Assembly: GCA_964481135.1 (NCBI GenBank)
Contig: CAYZSW010000001.1
Coordinates: forward strand, 7,963-71,962
DNA from: an uncultured Candidatus Saccharibacteria bacterium
Lineage (GTDB): Bacteria; Patescibacteriota; UBA1384; JAMDBS01; DAOVQR01
Direction of reading: 5' to 3'
DNA: 64,000 nucleotides
Below, one piece after another: positions 59,367 to 64,000 of the stretch (positions within the stretch are counted from its first letter, which is position 1; every line of letters starts with the position of its first letter). The notes beneath the pieces are model-generated. The model ran no database searches, was not told the origin of the DNA, and was given only the letters and a program-made list of their open reading frames with translations. The position numbers and the translations under genes were made by a program.

Positions 59367-60596
59367 TTATCTGTTGGAAAAATTACCAACTAAACCATAT
59401 ATCGGGCTAATAATTGTTAAAACTAAAGCAGCTACAATTATTCCCACTATTAACATTAATACTGGTTCAATAAGATCAGACAGTGTTTTCAGCATAATAT
59501 CAACCTGCTCGTCATAATACTCCCCTAGTTCACTCAAAACCTCATCCATCTTGCCTGATTTCTCACCAACTTTAGTAATTTTAATCAACATATTTGGAAT
59601 TACTTTTGAATGAGACGCAAAAGATTGAGACAATGATTTACCACCCCTGACTAATTTTTCTGAATCAATAATTGCATTTTTTAAATTTATATCAAAAATA
59701 CCTTCTGAAACGATTTTCAAAGAATCTGTCATTGGAACACCTGCATGTAATAAAAGTGATAAAGTAGAAGTTATTCTAGACATATCGTATGCCTGAGTAA
59801 GTTTTGAAACATAAGGAATCTTTCTTAAAAAAAAGGAATTGGTATTTTTTCCTGCAGAAGAACGAAAAAAAACAATAACAAAAATAATAATTATAAAAAG
59901 AATTGGAAAACTTAAATACCAAAAATTTATAAAAATCGTTGTTAGAAACTGTAGAATTTTTAAAGTAAAAGGTAAATCTATTTGCATTCTGGCAAAAACT
60001 TCTAATATTTTTGGCACAACTAAAATTAACATTACAAAACCCATAATAGCTAAAGCAACAAGCACAACAATTGGATAAGTAAAAGCAGAAACTACTTTTG
60101 TTTTCATACGAACAGTTTTTGAAAGTTGTTTATAAATACTAGCCAAAACTTCTGAAATTTTTCCACTAACTTCTCCTGCCGAAACCAAAGAAATAAAGGT
60201 TTTGTCAAAAATTTCAGGATATTTTGCTAATGCTTGGGAAAGTGGACGGCCACTTTCAATATCATATTTTATTTCAATTAGAATTTTATTAAATTTTTTT
60301 GATTTTGTATCTTGAGATATCACTTCAATAGAATCGGCAATTGGCATACCAGATTTAAGCATTGTAGAAAGATTTCTAGCAAATGTTGCCTTGTCATTAA
60401 TACTTACTCCGCCAGAAAACATCTCGGCAATCGAAAATTTGGAAAATGCAGAATCTTCTTTTTTTTGAATTGTAATTATCGTATATTTTTGAAGTTTTAA
60501 AAAACTAGCGATTTCATCTTCGCTTGAAGCGACTTTTTCGCCTTTGATTATTTCATTATTTGAACCCATTGCTTCATAATAAAAATTCATTATCAA
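59367..60596 (-). CDS. pilC: type IV pilus assembly platform protein PilC (GspF family)
   Basis: Two T2SSF repeats and 3 TM segments; 409 aa. Confidence 0.85.
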   Translation of the reverse strand: MIMNFYYEAMGSNNEIIKGEKVASSEDEIASFLKLQKYTIITIQKKEDSAFSKFSIAEMFSGGVSINDKATFARNLSTMLKSGMPIADSIEVISQDTKSKKFNKILIEIKYDIESGRPLSQALAKYPEIFDKTFISLVSAGEVSGKISEVLASIYKQLSKTVRMKTKVVSAFTYPIVVLVALAIMGFVMLILVVPKILEVFARMQIDLPFTLKILQFLTTIFINFWYLSFPILFIIIIFVIVFFRSSAGKNTNSFFLRKIPYVSKLTQAYDMSRITSTLSLLLHAGVPMTDSLKIVSEGIFDINLKNAIIDSEKLVRGGKSLSQSFASHSKVIPNMLIKITKVGEKSGKMDEVLSELGEYYDEQVDIMLKTLSDLIEPVLMLIVGIIVAALVLTIISPIYGLVGNFSNR

Positions 60597-60688
60597 CCGT
60601 TCTAAATGTTGAATATGTTCTATCTCTTTATTTGTTCAAATTGCTACAATTACAACACTTTGAACAATTAGAACATTTTGAACATTTT

Positions 60689-62377
60689 TTAAGCTTTTGT
60701 TACCCTCAGAACTTCTTCAATTGTTGTTACTCCTTCTCTAACTTTTTTAATCCCATCTTGATGAATAAAAACCATACCTTCTTTTTGTGCTTGTTTTTTA
60801 ACTTCTTCTATTGTTGGGTTTTTATTAATGATTTCTGAAATAGTTGGAGTAACATCTAAAATTTCATAAATTCCAATCCTACCTTTATACCCTGAATTAT
60901 TACATTGTTTACAACCTTTGCCTCGATAAAATTTAATATTTTCTGTTTCTTTCATTCCCAAAGAATCTAAAATACTTTTACTCGGTTCATAGCTTTCAAT
61001 ACAATTAGCACAAATTTTTCTAACTAGTCGCTGAGCAATAATCACATTTAGTGTTGAAGCTAAAAGAAAAGGTTGTATTTTTAAATCAATAAATCTAAAA
61101 ATAGCAGAAATAGAATCATTAGTATGAAGTGTAGAAAGCATAAGGTGTCCAGTTAGAGCAGAATGAACAGCAATTTCTGCAGTTTCAGTATCTCGAATTT
61201 CACCCACCATAATTATGTCTGGGTCATGACGCAAAAAAGCTCTAAGCCCGGATGCGAAAGTAAGTTTAATCTCTGGTTTTACTTGAGTTTGCTCTATACC
61301 TTCAATGCCATATTCTATAGGATCTTCAATAGTACAAATTTTAATATTTGAGGTATTTAAAATATTTAAAATCGAATACAAAGTAGTTGTTTTACCCGAA
61401 CCTGTTGGACCTGTTACTAAAATCATTCCAAAAGGTTTAGCAATAGATTTTTTTACCAGTTCTAAATTTTTGCCATCAAGGCCTAGCTCGTTCAAAGTTA
61501 AAACTCTTTGTGATTCTTTTAAAATTCTCAACACAACATCTTCACCATAAAACGAAGGCACGATTGAAACTCTAAGAGAAACAAATTCTTTTTTTCCTTT
61601 AGAAAATTTAAAACGACCATCTTGAGGCAGACGAGTTTCATCTATTTTTAAGCGTGCCAAAATTTTTATTCTAGCCACTAGTGCATCATCGATTTCTTTT
61701 GGAAGATCAATAACATTTTGTAGTACACCATCAACTCTAAATCTAATTCTTGTTTTATCTTCCCATTTTTCAATATGTATATCTGAAGCATCTTGCGATA
61801 GCGCATGGTCTAAAATTGTATCAATAATTTTTACAACCGGTACATCTTGAGCAACTTTTTGAATACCTTGAATTTCTTCTTCAGGTACTGAAACCTTTGA
61901 TTTTTCAACATTTTCATTAATAATTTTTGCAAAATCTTTTTGAATATCTGCTTTGTATTTACCCAGTGCTTCATCTATATCTCTTGCGCTTGCTAGATAC
62001 GGTTTAACACTATACCCAGTTTTTTTTCGAATAAAGTCAATTACTTCAAAATCAGAAGGATTCTCCATTGCCAAGTGAATTAAACTATTCTCTTTATTGA
62101 ATGCTACGATTCTGTATTCTCTTGCTGTTTCTTCTGGAATAAGACTTAAAACTTGCTCTGAAATTTTTTGGGAACTTAAATCAATATAATCAACACCCAA
62201 AACTTCTGCAATAGTTTTAGTTAGATATTCTTCGGAAATTAAACCTTCTTCTACTAAAATATTGCCCAGACTTTTATCTTGGCCTTTTGTTTTTTCAAAT
62301 GCTTTTTCTAAATCTTCTAGTTTAACTAAGTTTGATTTAGCAACTATTTCTTTTAATTGATCATCAGAAATTTGCAT
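60689..62377 (-). CDS. pilB: type IV pilus assembly ATPase PilB (GspE family)
   Basis: Walker A GPTGSGKTTTL, Asp box, His box and a CxxC-type tetracysteine. Start MQISDD follows CAGGGAGGGGC. Confidence 0.9.
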   Translation of the reverse strand: MQISDDQLKEIVAKSNLVKLEDLEKAFEKTKGQDKSLGNILVEEGLISEEYLTKTIAEVLGVDYIDLSSQKISEQVLSLIPEETAREYRIVAFNKENSLIHLAMENPSDFEVIDFIRKKTGYSVKPYLASARDIDEALGKYKADIQKDFAKIINENVEKSKVSVPEEEIQGIQKVAQDVPVVKIIDTILDHALSQDASDIHIEKWEDKTRIRFRVDGVLQNVIDLPKEIDDALVARIKILARLKIDETRLPQDGRFKFSKGKKEFVSLRVSIVPSFYGEDVVLRILKESQRVLTLNELGLDGKNLELVKKSIAKPFGMILVTGPTGSGKTTTLYSILNILNTSNIKICTIEDPIEYGIEGIEQTQVKPEIKLTFASGLRAFLRHDPDIIMVGEIRDTETAEIAVHSALTGHLMLSTLHTNDSISAIFRFIDLKIQPFLLASTLNVIIAQRLVRKICANCIESYEPSKSILDSLGMKETENIKFYRGKGCKQCNNSGYKGRIGIYEILDVTPTISEIINKNPTIEEVKKQAQKEGMVFIHQDGIKKVREGVTTIEEVLRVTKA

Positions 62378-62571
62378 GCCCCTCCCTGTAAACAAATATA
62401 CACAAATCAGAATACAAACCAACACGCTGAAATTGATATTTTGATCAGTAAAATAATATTACTAGTGTGTTATTTTATTTTCGCATCTGCGTATATTTGT
62501 ATTATAGAGTCTATTTCATTATATCAAAAATTAGGATATTTAGATATTGTTAATTGTCTAATAATATTATT

Positions 62572-63699
62572 TTATTTTAACTTTTTTACCGAATCTTGGG
62601 ATCCAAATGCTTTGATGAATTTTTTGGCACCGATATAGGACTTTTGTTTAAGAGCTTTTAGCGTGTCTGTTTTGAGATCTTTGTTTATTTCGTCATAAAA
62701 TTCTCTAATTGCATATTTTGAATTTTTGCCAAAAATTTCTTCTTTTGATTTCTTACTATCTTGATAATTTGTAAGTGTCCAATTATAAATTTTTTTATAA
62801 AGTTTTGGTTCAAATTTACGAAATACTTCCCAAACAATATTGCGCCAAAAAGTGCCGACATTACCTTTTAAAATATCACTCTTTGGAAATTTATTTTTAA
62901 TTATTGGAAGGGGAGTACCAGTAATTCCATGTTGCGCAATGCGAGTTTCAAATCCAGCATCTTTTATTGCCTTAGCTACTTTTTTTGTTTGTGCAATATT
63001 TATTGCAGATTGGGGAACTTCCTTGCCGTCTTTGTAAATGTTTCCATGAGCTGAGCCATTGGCAATTGCAAGCAAATGCGGGTTAATATTATTTTTATCT
63101 AATTCCTGTAAATATGTAACGGCTTCCTCTGGGGTGGTTAAGACCATTCCGTTTTCATCTTTTTTGCCAATCTCCCCCACTTCAACCTCTAAACCAAATT
63201 GATTATTTTTATAGTGTTTTTTAATAAAGTTTGCCAATCTTATAGTTATATCAGTATTATTTTTTAGTTTTTCTTTTTCTGTTTTTGCATTTAAATCGTA
63301 AAGAAAAGATGCATCAATAGCAAAAGAAGTATAGCCCACATCAATTTGAGCCTTAATTAATTTTTCTACAGCTCTAATTTTATCTTCTGATAATGATTTT
63401 ATTGTAAGATGGTCTGCATGTAAAACCCAATAATCAAACTTAACCTTACCGGCAGTTTCAAAACAAGCATTGGCAAAATCTTTTGGCATTAAACCAGTAT
63501 AACCACCCTCTAGATTACACTCAGATTTAGCAAGTTCTAAAATAATTGGACTTTGTAAATCTTTTGCTGCTTGCATAATTCCTTCTAAAATTCCAGGGAT
63601 TATTTGTACATTAGCAGCCATAATAATCAGTTTCTCATCACGCAAGGCATTATACATTTTAGCACCATCCATAGGAACAAAATGCTGTTTTTGATTCAT
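62572..63699 (-). CDS. fba: class II ketose-bisphosphate aldolase (fructose-bisphosphate aldolase family)
   Basis: Class II aldolase TIM-barrel His/Asp pattern. Start taken at MNQKQHFVPMDGAKMY after AAAAGGA. Confidence 0.6.
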   Translation of the reverse strand: MNQKQHFVPMDGAKMYNALRDEKLIIMAANVQIIPGILEGIMQAAKDLQSPIILELAKSECNLEGGYTGLMPKDFANACFETAGKVKFDYWVLHADHLTIKSLSEDKIRAVEKLIKAQIDVGYTSFAIDASFLYDLNAKTEKEKLKNNTDITIRLANFIKKHYKNNQFGLEVEVGEIGKKDENGMVLTTPEEAVTYLQELDKNNINPHLLAIANGSAHGNIYKDGKEVPQSAINIAQTKKVAKAIKDAGFETRIAQHGITGTPLPIIKNKFPKSDILKGNVGTFWRNIVWEVFRKFEPKLYKKIYNWTLTNYQDSKKSKEEIFGKNSKYAIREFYDEINKDLKTDTLKALKQKSYIGAKKFIKAFGSQDSVKKLK

Positions 63700-63787
63700 A
63701 AATATCCTTTTGTTTAAATTCAAATTACAAATTCTAAATTTCAAACAATATTTTGATATTTGATTATTGATAATTATTTGTATTTTG

Positions 63788-64000
63788 TTATTTGTGATTT
63801 TGCAATCTGTGTTCTGCTTCAATAAATCTAATTGTTTTAGATGTATTTCTCATAACAACAGAGTGGGTAATTACTTTATTTTTTGATTTGTAACGAACCC
63901 CGCGAAGCATCGGGCCATCAATGATTCCTGTTGCTACAAAAGAAACTTGATCGCCTTTAATAAAATCATTCATTTTTAAAAGTTTATCAATCTTTTTAAT
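63788..64000 (-). CDS. glpX: fructose-1,6-bisphosphatase class II (GlpX), 3' end only; the gene continues beyond the window
   Basis: C-terminal ...VSFVATGIIDGPMLRGVRY... matches the GlpX C-terminus. The open frame reaches the window edge. Confidence 0.5.
   Translation of the reverse strand: MKKIDKLLKMNDFIKGDQVSFVATGIIDGPMLRGVRYKSKNKVITHSVVMRNTSKTIRFIEAEHRLQNHK

Noticed and set aside
48500-60690. GAACA pentamer repeats in leaders considered as LexA/Cheo-box SOS operators
   Set aside because: The Cheo box is the palindromic GAAC-N4-GTTC. These are mainly direct GAACA(CAAA) repeats overlapping the RBS, not that palindrome.
60560-60838. Plus-strand ORF 60560..60838 (LQLQHFEQLEHFEHF...)
   Set aside because: It is a translation of the TGTTCAAA/GAACA repeat leader between pilC and pilB, with low-complexity periodic peptide and no RBS.

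Overview
The window is AT-rich (roughly 30% GC by eye), gene-dense, and mostly minus-strand coding. Many strong ribosome-binding sites read GGGAGGGG. Small proteins, a ComEC split into two ORFs, extra peptide segments inside conserved proteins and abundant GxxExxY and four-helix-bundle genes suggest a reduced-genome Gram-positive-like bacterium, possibly CPR/Patescibacteria. That assignment is inference only.

Housekeeping content:
- A GalT-like HIT transferase, RuvC, YebC, split ComEC, the grpE-dnaK-(lipoprotein)-dnaJ-like cluster and tRNA-Lys(UUU).
- S-adenosylhomocysteine hydrolase with a PfkB kinase, an NMO/FabK-like oxidoreductase, and an ECF sigma factor with a downstream membrane protein.
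- LepA, a sortase, MurJ, GltX, YraN, L19, L27, DnaE and a WecA/MraY-like transferase.
- Ndk, an M16 peptidase, a PAP2 phosphatase, and the 3' FBA-II/GlpX gene pair.

Accessory content:
- A GxxExxY gene, a Xer-like tyrosine recombinase and a perfect palindrome are followed by three tandem surface proteins. All three share a conserved C-terminal L(V/I)STG + transmembrane + basic-tail sorting signal. A second GxxExxY gene sits between two of them.
- A large minus-strand type IV pilus locus carries major-pilin-like PilA, a PilO-like protein, a PilM/N fusion, four pilin-like genes (one of 673 aa) and PilC/PilB-like proteins. Embedded in it are a histidine kinase, a CheY-like receiver, a PAS-only sensor, a HAMP-only protein, two four-helix-bundle (23S-IVS-type) genes and a GxxExxY gene. 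Short inverted repeats lie at the ends of these small genes.

Structural observations:
- RPE-like repeats: a 7-nt TTTCGAA tandem repeat sits in frame inside lepA, and a ~30-bp element occurs both between genes and in frame inside ruvC.
- The histidine kinase is frameshifted in an A6 run.
- tRNA-Lys is bracketed by a 17-bp inverted repeat.
- There are candidate structured RNAs, a ~65-nt element shared upstream of two promoters, a repeated ~150-bp leader element, and CA-rich/GU-rich intercistronic palindromes.

No CRISPR array or rRNA gene was seen.
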